A stretch of DNA of 64,000 bases from an uncultured Arcobacter sp. (GCA_965140705.1 OZ223300.1:256001-320000), one strand, 5' to 3'. Positions 19,068 to 29,558 are shown, numbered from the stretch's first letter. Numbers and translations are program-made. Notes: generated by a model not told the origin, from the sequence alone.

Positions 19068-20412
19068 TATTACACAATACTCTTAATTTATACATAGTAT
19101 AAAAATAAGCAAATATTGCAGCAGAATAAATCATAAGTAACATACCTACAAATAAATAAATATAATCCAGTTTAAAATAGCTTACAATGATATATGAAAC
19201 TATTGCTTTAGCTACAAGTTGTCTATATATTCCTATATAAAATATCATCTTAGGTTGTTTTATAGCTTGAAGAGTTGATACACAAATAAATAAAATAATA
19301 TAAGCATAAAATATCCATACTTCAACAAGTAAATAGTTAAAGCCATATTGGATAACTGTTGTATCATCATCAAATTGAGCAACTATAAGTTTCCCAAAAA
19401 CGTATAAAAATATAATTCCAAATGTTGATATCATAAAACCATATTTTAATGACAACATAACAATCTCTTTTACTCTATTAAATTGTTTTGCTCCATAATT
19501 ATTTGATACAAGAGAAAGAACAGCAGTACTTAGTCCAAGTGCTGGTAGTAACATAAGTTGTTCAACTCTAAAGCCAATTCCATATCCGGCAACTGCTTTA
19601 TATCCATATTGTGTTACAAAGTAAGTTAAAATGATAGAACCAAAAGCCATAGTTAACATATTTAAACTAGAAGGTATTCCTTGCTTAAAGAAAGCCTTAT
19701 AAACTCTTAAATTAGGTAAATAGTATTCTAACCTATCAAAGTGTATTATCTTTGTTTGTAGGACTTTATAGAGCATATAAAACATATTTATAACTTGAAT
19801 CAAAACAGTAGCAAAGGCAATACCTGATATTCCCATCTCTGGAATAATCCAAAAACCATACATGAATAAAGGATTTAGTACTAAATTAGCAAAAAAACCA
19901 AAAATCAAAGAGTTTCTATATGTTTTAGTATCTCCCTTTGATACAAGTATTGCATTAAGGGAAAAATTAGCCATAAAAAATATAGTACCAAAAAGTATTA
20001 CATTGATATATTTTAAACAAATGTCAAGATAAGCATTTGTTGCCCCAAGAAGTTTAAATAACATAGGTGAAGCAAAATATCCAAGTATAGAGAATAAAAG
20101 TCCTAGAATAACTAAGAAACCAATCCCTTTATGGGCATAAATAGATGCTAAGTGATTTTTCTTTTTTCCAAAAGAGTTCCCAATTAGGGCGCTAATTGCT
20201 GATGAAAAACCATATCCAAAACCTGTAATTAAAAAAAATATCATAAATGATAGGGATAATGCAGCAATCGCTTCTGTAGAAATTAAACCTGCGTAAAATG
20301 TATCTACTACATTGTACATAGTATTAAAAAACATACCAGTACTTGCAGGTATTGCTAATTCTTTTATAAGTTTTGGAATAGGTTCTTCAATTAAATATTG
20401 AGTCTTATTCAA
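19057..20412 (-). CDS. MATE family efflux transporter
   Basis: LAIPAS..YNVVDT, GDTK, NLVLNP, GIAFAT; about 12 TM. Confidence 0.9.
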   Translation of the reverse strand: MNKTQYLIEEPIPKLIKELAIPASTGMFFNTMYNVVDTFYAGLISTEAIAALSLSFMIFFLITGFGYGFSSAISALIGNSFGKKKNHLASIYAHKGIGFLVILGLLFSILGYFASPMLFKLLGATNAYLDICLKYINVILFGTIFFMANFSLNAILVSKGDTKTYRNSLIFGFFANLVLNPLFMYGFWIIPEMGISGIAFATVLIQVINMFYMLYKVLQTKIIHFDRLEYYLPNLRVYKAFFKQGIPSSLNMLTMAFGSIILTYFVTQYGYKAVAGYGIGFRVEQLMLLPALGLSTAVLSLVSNNYGAKQFNRVKEIVMLSLKYGFMISTFGIIFLYVFGKLIVAQFDDDTTVIQYGFNYLLVEVWIFYAYIILFICVSTLQAIKQPKMIFYIGIYRQLVAKAIVSYIIVSYFKLDYIYLFVGMLLMIYSAAIFAYFYTMYKLRVLCNIRV

Positions 20413-20436
20413 TTGAAGCCTTTATTTTAAATTTTA

Positions 20437-21699
20437 TTAATCTTCTATTCTGATCATAACTGGTTTAGTCGTTGCAACACCAGAATTTTCTATTTCTTTT
20501 AGTGCTTTATTTATATTTTTTTCTACACAAACATGAGTAGAAAGTAATAGATGTGCACAAGTCGTATTATATGGTTTTTGAATCATTTTTTCAATAGAAA
20601 TCTCATGTTCACCTAAGATTTTAGTTACTTTTGCTAAAACACCTACTTTATCTTCAATTCTAAGTCTTAAATAGTATTTTGTCTCAATTTCGTCTTTTGG
20701 CATAATTGTAAGATTTGCTTTATAGTCAAACTCAAACCCTAGCATTGGTGCACCTTTACCTCTTCTTGCTATATCTACAATATTTGCAATAACAGCACTT
20801 GCAGTTGCATTTCCACCCGCACCTGGTCCATAATACATAGTTTCACCAACTTTATCACCAATTACAGAAATACCATTCATTACACCATCAACTTTTGCAA
20901 TCATTTCACTTTTAGGAATAAATGCTGGATGAACTCTTAATTCTATTTGTTTATCAACTCTTTTTGCAATAGCTAATAGTTTGATAGAATAATTAAATTC
21001 ATTGGCAAAATCGATATCTGGAGTATCAATATTTTGAATTCCTTCTATTAATATATCTTCAGGTTTTGCATCAACATCATAAGCAATTGAGGCTAAAATT
21101 AGAAGTTTATGCGCCGCATCAAATCCTCCAACATCAAAAGTTGGATCAGCTTCAGCATAACCTAATTCTTGGGATTCTTTTAATATAGAATCATAATCAA
21201 CACCATCGTTTATCATTCTAGTTAGCATGTAATTACAAGTACCATTTAAAATACCTCTAATTGATTCTATATTATTTGCAGATAATCCATCTCTTAAAGC
21301 ATTGATAATAGGAATTCCACCAGCAACTGCTGCTTCATATTCAAATGGAATATCACCAGCTAGTTTTTCTAAATCATATCTATGATATGCAAGAAGAGCT
21401 TTATTAGCCGTAACTACTGGTTTTCCTTTTGAAAGTGCTCTTTTAATGATTTCATATGGTCTTTCAACACCACCCATAAGTTCAACAATAATATCAATAG
21501 ACTCATCATTTAAAGCTTTGTCTAAATCATCTGTTAATTCAATACTTACATCTCTTTTTTTGTTTAAATCATTTACAACACCAATAGTAGGAACAATTTC
21601 TACTCCAGCACGTGAGGTAATAATATCTTTATTATCTTTTAATATATTTGCAACACTTGCTCCAACAGTTCCTACACCAATAATTGCGATTTTTAACAT
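20437..21699 (-). CDS. hom: Homoserine dehydrogenase with ACT domain
   Basis: GVGTVG, VTANKA, EAAVAGGIP, NGTCNY, GYAEADP. Confidence 0.95.
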   Translation of the reverse strand: MLKIAIIGVGTVGASVANILKDNKDIITSRAGVEIVPTIGVVNDLNKKRDVSIELTDDLDKALNDESIDIIVELMGGVERPYEIIKRALSKGKPVVTANKALLAYHRYDLEKLAGDIPFEYEAAVAGGIPIINALRDGLSANNIESIRGILNGTCNYMLTRMINDGVDYDSILKESQELGYAEADPTFDVGGFDAAHKLLILASIAYDVDAKPEDILIEGIQNIDTPDIDFANEFNYSIKLLAIAKRVDKQIELRVHPAFIPKSEMIAKVDGVMNGISVIGDKVGETMYYGPGAGGNATASAVIANIVDIARRGKGAPMLGFEFDYKANLTIMPKDEIETKYYLRLRIEDKVGVLAKVTKILGEHEISIEKMIQKPYNTTCAHLLLSTHVCVEKNINKALKEIENSGVATTKPVMIRIED

Positions 21700-21707
21700 T
21701 TCTTTTC

Positions 21708-22916
21708 CTATAAACTATTTAAATATTTCTTTATATTTTTTGCTGCTTGTCTAATTCTTTTTTCATTTTCAATTAAAGCAATTCTTACATATTGGTCACC
21801 ATATTGACCAAATCCAATACCTGGACTTACTGCTACTTTTGCTTCAGTTAGAAGTTGTTTAGAGAACTCCATACTTCCTAAGTGAGAAGCTTTTTCAGGG
21901 ATTTTTGCCCAAATAAACATTGAAGCATTTGGTTTATCCATATCCCATCCTGCATCTTTAAACGCTTCTAACATCACATCTCTTCTGTAATGATATTTTT
22001 CTATATGCTCTTCAACACACTCTTGTGGTCCATCAAGTGCAATAGTTGCTGCTACTTGAATAGGTGTAAACATACCATAATCAAGCCATGATTTGATTCT
22101 TTTTAAAGCACCCACTAGTTTTTCATTTCCAACAATAAATCCAACTCTCCATCCTGCCATATTGTATGATTTACTTAAAGTAAATGATTCAACTGCAACA
22201 TCTAAAGCACCCTCAGCTTGGAAGATTGATGGAGTTTTATAACCATCAAAAGTAATATCAGCATATGCAATATCAGAGATAATATAAAATCTCTCTTTTT
22301 TTGCAAGGTCAACCAATTTTTGGTAAAATTCAGGTGTAACCGTTGCACAAGTTGGGTTATGAGGAAAATTTACTACCACATATTTAACTTTTGGAATTGA
22401 TTCTCTTAATGTTTTATTTAATCTTGCAAAAAACTCATCTTCATCAACTTTAAAGTCTCTATTAAATGGTAATTCAAAATTATGAATACCTGCACCTGCA
22501 AGCATAAAAGCATATGAATGAATTGGATATGTAGGATCTGGAACTATTGCCACATCCCCAACATTTACAATAGCTTGTACTAAGTGAACATATCCCTCTT
22601 TACTTCCCATTGTAGCAACGGCATGTTTATTTGGGTCTAAATAATCAACACCATATTTTCTTTTATACCAATTACAAATAGCAAGTCTTAGTTTATAAAT
22701 ACCTGCACTTGCACTATAACCATGATTTTTTGGTTTATCAGCTGTTTCTTTTAATTTATCAATTATATGTTGAGGTGCTGGACCATCTGGATTTCCCATT
22801 GAGAAATCTATTATATCTTCACCTTTTCTTCTAGCTTCCATTTTAATATTATTTACTTCTGCAAACACATAGTTTGGAAGTCTTTTCATTCTTTCAAATT
22901 CAATTTCTGGGAACAC
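21708..22916 (-). CDS. Class I/II PLP aminotransferase (LL-DAP aminotransferase/AlaC-like)
   Basis: DFSMGNPD, GSKEG, NFPHNPT, DIAYAD, SKSYNMAGWRVG. Confidence 0.85.
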   Translation of the reverse strand: MFPEIEFERMKRLPNYVFAEVNNIKMEARRKGEDIIDFSMGNPDGPAPQHIIDKLKETADKPKNHGYSASAGIYKLRLAICNWYKRKYGVDYLDPNKHAVATMGSKEGYVHLVQAIVNVGDVAIVPDPTYPIHSYAFMLAGAGIHNFELPFNRDFKVDEDEFFARLNKTLRESIPKVKYVVVNFPHNPTCATVTPEFYQKLVDLAKKERFYIISDIAYADITFDGYKTPSIFQAEGALDVAVESFTLSKSYNMAGWRVGFIVGNEKLVGALKRIKSWLDYGMFTPIQVAATIALDGPQECVEEHIEKYHYRRDVMLEAFKDAGWDMDKPNASMFIWAKIPEKASHLGSMEFSKQLLTEAKVAVSPGIGFGQYGDQYVRIALIENEKRIRQAAKNIKKYLNSL

Positions 22917-22918
22917 GA

Positions 22919-23740
22919 CTACTCCTTAATTAGTACGGTTAATCCACGCTTTATGTTAAATAGCGTGTATAAATCTGTTATTTTAATATATCTTGTATTT
23001 TCTGGTATAGAAAGTGTTAAATTTCTATATACTCTTTCTTCTTTTGATACCTTTAGTATGTTCAAATGTTCATCATAAAATACCACATAAGGAAGCCAAC
23101 TATTAAGTGTTTTACTTGCTATGAATATTGTACTTGCTTTATCAATTTTTATAAAGTATGGAGATAAAGGTTTTGAAAAAGATATTTTTTCATTTGTTGA
23201 TACATATGTCGCATCATATAAAGATGCATTTGTTGTATCTAATTCATATACCCATTTATCATTTTCTTCTTTTGTTATATTTGTAACTTTACAATCATGT
23301 TGAAATAGCTCATTTGATAATACTAAAGGATCAATGGCGGCCTCTGTTTTTAACTTTATTGTCCAAGTTAAACTTTCAGTTCCATCATAAACTGTATGCT
23401 TTGTAAAATAGTAATAGTACCCAAGTGATTTTAATGTATCTTTTAAGATTTTTAAAGATTTTATTGGATTACTATTTATTTTAAAAGTAACTTCGATATC
23501 TTTAGGGGCATTAAACGCAAGGGTTAATAAACCATTCTCTTTTAAAGTTTTTAAAATAGTTTGATAATTAAGTCCATCAACTGTAGTAAACTGATACTCT
23601 TTTTTAAAAATAAAATTTATTAAGTTTTTATGCGTAAGGTAACTATGTGTACCAATGAAGTTTTCAATCTTTTGATTTAACAAATCATTTGCACTAAGAC
23701 TCATCACTAAAAAAACAGAAATTAAAATATTTTTTATCAT
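22919..23740 (-). CDS. Exported hypothetical protein
   Basis: 273 aa ORF with signal peptide, in operon between rlmB and the aminotransferase. Confidence 0.7.
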   Translation of the reverse strand: MIKNILISVFLVMSLSANDLLNQKIENFIGTHSYLTHKNLINFIFKKEYQFTTVDGLNYQTILKTLKENGLLTLAFNAPKDIEVTFKINSNPIKSLKILKDTLKSLGYYYYFTKHTVYDGTESLTWTIKLKTEAAIDPLVLSNELFQHDCKVTNITKEENDKWVYELDTTNASLYDATYVSTNEKISFSKPLSPYFIKIDKASTIFIASKTLNSWLPYVVFYDEHLNILKVSKEERVYRNLTLSIPENTRYIKITDLYTLFNIKRGLTVLIKE

Positions 23741-23757
23741 CAGTTTACTCTTTTGTT

Positions 23758-24450
23758 TTATTTCATTAAATTATATATTAAAATACCAGCTGCAACAGAT
23801 ACATTTAAAGAATCAAAGTTATTTTCCATACCTATTGAGACTTTTAAATCTAACTTACTAATTATCTTATTTGATAAACCTTCACCTTCACTTCCTAAGA
23901 AGAGGGCAACTTTATCATCTTTTGTTATTGTTCCATATTTTTTTAAATCTGTTCCATTCATCGTTGCACCAATAAGTGTAAAACCAGATTGTTTTAACTC
24001 ATTTGCAAGATCTAAAGAGTTTGGATACAAAGAAAATGGCATATCAAGCATAGCTCCTGAACTAGTTCTAATAACCCCTGATTCATTGAGCGATTTTACA
24101 CCAGCTGCAATTACACCATCAACACCTAATGCATAAGCAGTTCTTGTGATAGCTCCTATGTTACCCACATCTGTAAGACCATCAAGTACTACTATAAAAT
24201 TATTTTGCTTCATTTCGTTTATGGGAGTATAATCGAACTCTTCTTTAAGTTTTAGAAAAAAACCTTGATGGTTCCCACCTTTTGCCAAAGATTGGGCTTT
24301 TTTGTTATCAAGTCTAATTATCTTTTTACCAAGTTTTAGAAACTTTGAAAAAATCTTTTTATCTAATTCTTTAGAAAACATTACTTCTTCAATTATTGAA
24401 GGGTGATTCTCTAAAACGTATAAAACTATTTGTTTGCCATATATTATCAT
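23758..24450 (-). CDS. rlmB: 23S rRNA Gm2251 methyltransferase (SPOUT)
   Basis: HQG, DVGNIGAITRTA, GSEGEGL, DSLNVSVAAGI. Confidence 0.9.
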   Translation of the reverse strand: MIIYGKQIVLYVLENHPSIIEEVMFSKELDKKIFSKFLKLGKKIIRLDNKKAQSLAKGGNHQGFFLKLKEEFDYTPINEMKQNNFIVVLDGLTDVGNIGAITRTAYALGVDGVIAAGVKSLNESGVIRTSSGAMLDMPFSLYPNSLDLANELKQSGFTLIGATMNGTDLKKYGTITKDDKVALFLGSEGEGLSNKIISKLDLKVSIGMENNFDSLNVSVAAGILIYNLMK

Positions 24451-24581
24451 AGGGGGATTTTATCTAAAATATGTTAATAAATATCTTTTGTAAAATTATT
24501 TTAACATTTTGTCCCAAGTAGGTCGTATAATTAGGCCAAAATTAAAATAAAAAAGAAGAGTTTTATAAAAAGATTTTAAAC

Positions 24582-25397
24582 TTAATTTTCGTCTAAAAGT
24601 TTTTGATAGATATCTTTTATTTTTTCACCAGTTAGTTTAGCAAGTAGTTTTGCTTTTACTTTTGGTGGTAAATCAAGTTCTTTTATATCTTCAATATTTA
24701 AGTTTTTACCAGAGGTACTTATTGGTTCTATTATAACTACCCATTCACCTTTTATATTTGTATCTTTTAGTTTATTGTATAAGTTTAAAGAACTATCTTT
24801 AAAAGTTGTTTGGTATTGTTTCGTTAACTCTTTTGCTAAAAAGATAGTTCTATTTTCATCAATATCTTTTAACTCTTCCAAAAGTTTTAAAAGTCTATGT
24901 GGTGATTCGTATAAAATTGGCAAAATCTCACTATTCATTACTTTTTGTAGTTTCTCTTTTCGCTCAACACCTTTATGGGCTAAGAAACCAAAAAAAGTAA
25001 ATTCTGTATGTTCAAATCCACTCATTGCAAAGGCTGTTAAAACTGCATTGGCTCCTGGAATAACATCATATTTTATATCATTTTGTATGGCATATTCTAC
25101 TAAAGAAGCCCCTGGGTCTGAAACACAAGGCATACCAGCATCACTTACATATACAATATTTTTCTCAAACAAATCTTTTGATAATGTTTTTAAAACTTGT
25201 TGTTCATTGTGTGAATGAAATGATTTAAAATCTGTACAAGGAAAATCTAGGTTGTATTTTGAAGCAAAAAGTGTTAGAAGTTTTTTTGTGACTCTTGTAT
25301 CTTCACAAAAAATAAGTTCCGCTTCCAATAGGGCATCTAGTGCACGCTTAGAGATATCTTCTAAGTTTCCTATTGGAGTTGGAACTAAAGTTAGCAT
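24582..25397 (-). CDS. rsmI: 16S rRNA Cm1402 methyltransferase
   Basis: TPIGNLEDIS, EDTR, SDAGMPCVSDPG, YESPHR, KELTK, KGE. Confidence 0.95.
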   Translation of the reverse strand: MLTLVPTPIGNLEDISKRALDALLEAELIFCEDTRVTKKLLTLFASKYNLDFPCTDFKSFHSHNEQQVLKTLSKDLFEKNIVYVSDAGMPCVSDPGASLVEYAIQNDIKYDVIPGANAVLTAFAMSGFEHTEFTFFGFLAHKGVERKEKLQKVMNSEILPILYESPHRLLKLLEELKDIDENRTIFLAKELTKQYQTTFKDSSLNLYNKLKDTNIKGEWVVIIEPISTSGKNLNIEDIKELDLPPKVKAKLLAKLTGEKIKDIYQKLLDEN

Positions 25398-25413
25398 TAT
25401 AAGACTTGTTGTC

Positions 25414-25614
25414 TTATTTTTGTGCGTATTTAGCTTTGAATTTCTCTACTCTACCAGCAGCATCAACGATTTTTTGCTCACCTGTGAAGAATGGGTGACA
25501 AGCTGAACAAATATCAATTCTCATTGATTCAACATTTGATTTAGTTTCGAAAGTATTTCCACAAGAACAAGTAATAACACAAGTTTTGTAATCTGGGTGA
25601 ATTTCTTTTTTCAC
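25414..25614 (-). CDS. rpmE: 50S ribosomal protein L31 (Zn-binding form)
   Basis: [26 protein letters not shown]. Confidence 0.97.
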   Translation of the reverse strand: MKKEIHPDYKTCVITCSCGNTFETKSNVESMRIDICSACHPFFTGEQKIVDAAGRVEKFKAKYAQK

Positions 25615-25700
25615 TTTGTTTCCTTTTAATTATGTAATATTTAACAAAAGGTCGAGTCTTGTTTGTCGCCCTTTATTAGATATTTAAAATAAGATTGCGA

Positions 25701-26579
25701 TTATACTGTAAAATACTTAAGAATATCTGAATTTAAGTTTTCTATAATGTTTATTGTTTGTTTTTGATTAAATTGGGATTTATTAAAAGTATTTTGCCTT
25801 TTTGCTAGTTTTGCTGTATTTAAAGATATTCTTTCTTCTAATTGCTCTTTTGTAAGTTTACCATCAATAAATTCTAAGGTCTCAATAATACCAATAGAAC
25901 TCATCGCATTTGGTTTTCTTGTATATTTTTTCTCTAAAAAGAGAACTTCATCTATCACTCCATCTTTTATCATCTGTTTTGTACGAAGAGCTATTCTTTT
26001 TTTTAACTCTTCTCTATCCCAATATATCTCAAAAAGTTTAAGCTCTGGGGAAATTGGTTTTTTTGGATTTTCTGCGAAATATTGGCTAGGAGTTAAGCCA
26101 CTTTTTTTATAAATAGAATAAGCTTTTTGTATACGATATTTATCATTAGAAGCTATTTTTTCCATATATGTTCTATCTAAATCAAAAAGCATTTTATATA
26201 TCTCTTCATGGGGCATATCAAGTTTTACATCTTCTCCTACACCTTCACTTATGCCTTCAATTAATATTTTAAGGTAAAAGCCTGTCCCACCTACGATAAT
26301 AAGATTTTTTTCATTTTGTTTGGCGAATTCTTTAGCTTTTTTATAACATTGCAAAAATTCAACCACATCAAAACGTTCATTTACAAAAACTTCATCAATA
26401 CCAAAATGTATGATTCCATCTCTCTCTTTTAGTGTAGGTTTTGCAGAGGCAATATCTATCTCTTTATAAACAGAAAGTGAGTCTAAAGATAAGATTATAG
26501 AGTTGGTTTTATGGGCTATATCTATTGATAAGCCCGTTTTACCAGAAGCCGTTGCTCCTATGATTGCTATTTCTTTCAT
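25701..26579 (-). CDS. miaA: tRNA dimethylallyltransferase
   Basis: GATASGKT, DSLSVYKEIDIASAKP, VGGTGFY, AKRQ. Confidence 0.95.
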   Translation of the reverse strand: MKEIAIIGATASGKTGLSIDIAHKTNSIILSLDSLSVYKEIDIASAKPTLKERDGIIHFGIDEVFVNERFDVVEFLQCYKKAKEFAKQNEKNLIIVGGTGFYLKILIEGISEGVGEDVKLDMPHEEIYKMLFDLDRTYMEKIASNDKYRIQKAYSIYKKSGLTPSQYFAENPKKPISPELKLFEIYWDREELKKRIALRTKQMIKDGVIDEVLFLEKKYTRKPNAMSSIGIIETLEFIDGKLTKEQLEERISLNTAKLAKRQNTFNKSQFNQKQTINIIENLNSDILKYFTV

Positions 26580-26592
26580 AAACTTTGATTTC

Positions 26593-28140
26593 CTAGTTTT
26601 TTTCTACTTTAATTACATCATAAATATCTGTTCTTCTATCTTTTAGGTTATTTACACTTCCTAAACTATGAAGTTCTGTTAAAAGCTCTAAATCCACATC
26701 TGCTATTAGTATCATTTCTGTATTTGGTGTAGATTCTGCTTTTATGCCATTTGCTGGAAATGCAAAATCACAAGGAGTAAATACTGCTGATTGGGCATAT
26801 TGGATATCCATATTTTCAACTTTTGGTAAGTTTCCTACACAACCAGCGATTGCTACATAACACTCATTTTCTATGGCTCTTGCTTGGGCACAAATTTTTA
26901 CTCTTGAGTAACCATTTTGAGTATCCGTTAAGAATGGTACAAATAGTATATCCATCCCTTCTTTTGCAAGTAATCTACCAAGCTCTGGAAACTCACTATC
27001 ATAACAAATAAGTACTCCAATTTTTCCACAATCCGTATCAAAGGCTTTTATTTTATCTGAGCCTTTAAGTCCCCAAACTTTTTGTTCATCTGGAGTTACA
27101 TGGATTTTGGCATATTTTTCTATCTCTCCATTTCTTTTACACACAAAGCCTATATTGTTTAGTGTTCCATCAATAAGTTCTGGCATACTTCCTGTGATGA
27201 TATTAATATTGTATGCAATGGCAAGTCTTGAGAAGTCTTCTTTAAATCTCTCTGTATATTTTGCAAGTTCTCGAATAGCATCTGCTTCACTTAAGTGATT
27301 AAACTCTGCCATTAATGGAGCATTGAAAAATTCTGGGAAAAGTGCAAAATCACTTCTATATCCAGATACTGCATCTATAAAGTATTCAGCTTGTTCGATT
27401 ACCTCTTCATAGTTTTTATAAAGTCTCATTTGCCATTGAATAAGTCCCAATCTTATGACTTTCTTTTGTGACATTGGTTTTACTGTTGGTTTTGCATAAT
27501 AGATGTTGTTCCAAGCTAATAAACAAGCATACTCTTTACTATCTATATCACCTTCAAGATAATTTTTTATTACTCTTTTTACATAAAAGTCATTTGAGAG
27601 TTGAAAATTAAGTACTGGGTCATAAATCTCTCGCTCTTTTACTTTTTGAATATATTCTTTGGGTGTTATTTTATCTGCATATTTAGAATAATTTGGAATT
27701 CTTCCTCCAAAAATTATTCCCTTTAGATTAAGTTCTTCACAAAGCTCTTTTCTAAAATCATATAATCTTCGACCAAGTCTTAAACCTCTATACTTTTTAT
27801 TAATAAAAACATCTACTCCATAGAGCATATTTCCATTATCATTATGAGTGTCAAAGGTATAATTACCAGTAATTTCTTTATAACTATGTGTATCATCAAA
27901 CTTTGTATAATCAACTATAATACTAAGTGCAAAACCTGCAAACTCCCCATCAATTTTTATTGCAACTTGTCCATTTGGAAATTTTTCTATTAAAGCTTCA
28001 AACTCCTCTTTACTCCAAGATGATTCATCAAGATGACGATATTCATCTTCCATCAAAGAGCAGATAGAGTTGTGATCTTCTTTTTTTAAATAAACTAATT
28101 CAATTTTATCAATATGTTTTGGATCCATTATTATTTCCAT
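26593..28140 (-). CDS. Bifunctional GNAT acetyltransferase / carbon-nitrogen hydrolase
   Basis: YRGLRLGRRLY acetyl-CoA motif; nitrilase triad FPEF, AKIH, ICYD. Confidence 0.88.
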   Translation of the reverse strand: MEIIMDPKHIDKIELVYLKKEDHNSICSLMEDEYRHLDESSWSKEEFEALIEKFPNGQVAIKIDGEFAGFALSIIVDYTKFDDTHSYKEITGNYTFDTHNDNGNMLYGVDVFINKKYRGLRLGRRLYDFRKELCEELNLKGIIFGGRIPNYSKYADKITPKEYIQKVKEREIYDPVLNFQLSNDFYVKRVIKNYLEGDIDSKEYACLLAWNNIYYAKPTVKPMSQKKVIRLGLIQWQMRLYKNYEEVIEQAEYFIDAVSGYRSDFALFPEFFNAPLMAEFNHLSEADAIRELAKYTERFKEDFSRLAIAYNINIITGSMPELIDGTLNNIGFVCKRNGEIEKYAKIHVTPDEQKVWGLKGSDKIKAFDTDCGKIGVLICYDSEFPELGRLLAKEGMDILFVPFLTDTQNGYSRVKICAQARAIENECYVAIAGCVGNLPKVENMDIQYAQSAVFTPCDFAFPANGIKAESTPNTEMILIADVDLELLTELHSLGSVNNLKDRRTDIYDVIKVEKN

Positions 28141-28242
28141 CCTTTTATTCTGAAAAGATTATATTATAATATTTGATTGTTACTCATAAAACAATTAAAT
28201 ACAAAATATCTTTTAAATAATTTATTTGATAAAATACGCCAC

Positions 28243-29103
28243 ATGAATAATATATTGAAAAAACTTAATGATTTTAGTGAACTAGTTATGTTCAAACACT
28301 CGATTTTCTCACTACCTTTTATATTTATAGCGATGGTTGTAGCAGCAAATGGTTGGTTTGGATGGAGATTGTTTTTTTTAGGAATTCTAGCAGCAGTTAC
28401 AGCTAGAAATTTTGCGATGGCATTTAACAGATACCTAGATAGAGATATTGATTCTTTAAATCCAAGAACAGAAAATAGACCAAATGTTGATGGAAGATTA
28501 TCAGCTAAGTCAATTTTGACTTTTACTCTTCTAAATGCCCTTGGATTTATAATTGTTGCAGCTTTTGTAAATAAACTTGCTTTAATCTTAGCTGTTCCTA
28601 TTTTACTAGTGATTGGTTCATACTCATATTTTAAAAGATTTTCTTATCTTGCTCACCTTATTTTAGGGGTTTCTTTAGGACTAGCTCCAATTGCTGGAGT
28701 TGTAGCCGTTAGTGAAACTATTACTTTATGGTCTGTTTGTCTAAGTATTGGGGTTATGTTTTGGGTTGCTGGTTTTGATTTACTTTACTCACTACAAGAT
28801 ATAGATGTGGATAAAAAACTAGGACTTCATTCAGTACCAAGTGTTTTTGGGGCAAAAAATACTATGCTATTTTCAAAAATAGCCCATAGTTTTACAGTTT
28901 TATTTTGGCTTTTATTTGTAATAAACTCTGGAAGTGGTGCTTTTGCATATTTAGCTGTAATAGTTAGTGCAGTGATGTTAAGTTATGAACACTACTTAGT
29001 AAATAAAGATTTTAGAAAAATCGACAAAGCATTTTTTACTGTAAATGGATATTTAGGTATAATATTCTTCATATTAATAATAATCGATACTATCGCAAAT
29101 TAG
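28243..29103 (+). CDS. mqnP: Menaquinone (futalosine pathway) prenyltransferase, UbiA family
   Basis: HSIFSLPF, ARNFAMAFNRYLDRDID..NPRT, YSLQD; start moved to ATG 28243. Confidence 0.88.
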   Translation: MNNILKKLNDFSELVMFKHSIFSLPFIFIAMVVAANGWFGWRLFFLGILAAVTARNFAMAFNRYLDRDIDSLNPRTENRPNVDGRLSAKSILTFTLLNALGFIIVAAFVNKLALILAVPILLVIGSYSYFKRFSYLAHLILGVSLGLAPIAGVVAVSETITLWSVCLSIGVMFWVAGFDLLYSLQDIDVDKKLGLHSVPSVFGAKNTMLFSKIAHSFTVLFWLLFVINSGSGAFAYLAVIVSAVMLSYEHYLVNKDFRKIDKAFFTVNGYLGIIFFILIIIDTIAN

Positions 29104-29169
29104 GCATATAATTACTTTATAAAACTATTATAAGCTAAGCTGTGATAATATTCCAATCCATTTTCAAAC

Positions 29170-29246
29170 GCGTCTGTGGCTCAACTGGATAGAGCTCCCG
29201 GTTTCGGCCCGGGTGGTTGTGGGTTCGAATCCTACCAGGCGTGCCA
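29170..29246 (+). tRNA. tRNA-Arg (anticodon TCG)
   Basis: Cloverleaf: GCGTCTG/CAGGCGT acceptor, GCTC/GAGC D-arm, CCCGG-TTTCGGC-CCGGG anticodon arm, GGTTCGAATCC T-arm, CCA end. Confidence 0.96.
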
Positions 29247-29251
29247 TAAAG

Positions 29252-29297
29252 AAGCCCGATATAATCATTCATTTGAGTGTTTATGTCGGGCTTTTTT
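29252..29297 (+). terminator. Intrinsic terminator after tRNA-Arg
   Basis: AAGCCCGATATAA...TTATGTCGGGCTT followed by T-tract. Confidence 0.8.
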
Positions 29298-29426
29298 ATT
29301 TCTTATAAAATTGTATTCCTAGACTTCTAAGTATCTTTTTCTTACATTTTGTAATATTTTGAAGAGTTCATTTTTATTTTTGTTAATATTTATCATCAGA
29401 AAATTTATTTGGAAAAAGGATATAAA

Positions 29427-29558
29427 ATGATAAATATATTAAGTAGTTCCTTGTTTATTGTATGCATAGTAGGAATATATTTTTATGCGAAGAATAAATC
29501 AGAGCAAAGTAAAAAAATACCTTTTAAAATACGATACGAAAAAAATAGAAAGCTTTAA
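29427..29558 (+). CDS. Unannotated 43-aa membrane peptide with basic tail
   Basis: AAAGGA RBS; MINILSSSLFIVCIVGIYFYAKNKSEQSKKIPFKIRYEKNRKL*. Confidence 0.55.
   Translation: MINILSSSLFIVCIVGIYFYAKNKSEQSKKIPFKIRYEKNRKL

Noticed and set aside
24507..24541. Imperfect hairpin containing TATAAT between rlmB and rsmI (possible sRNA or antisense promoter)
   Set aside because: Several mismatches, no terminator or ORF to support a transcript
28177..28242. N-terminal extension of MqnP in the ORF track
   Set aside because: This stretch contains the -10 element; family-like sequence begins at ATG 28243
29170..29246. tRNA-Arg with TCG anticodon as an anomaly
   Set aside because: Expected for Campylobacterota, which use UCG/GCG rather than ICG tRNAs for CGN codons
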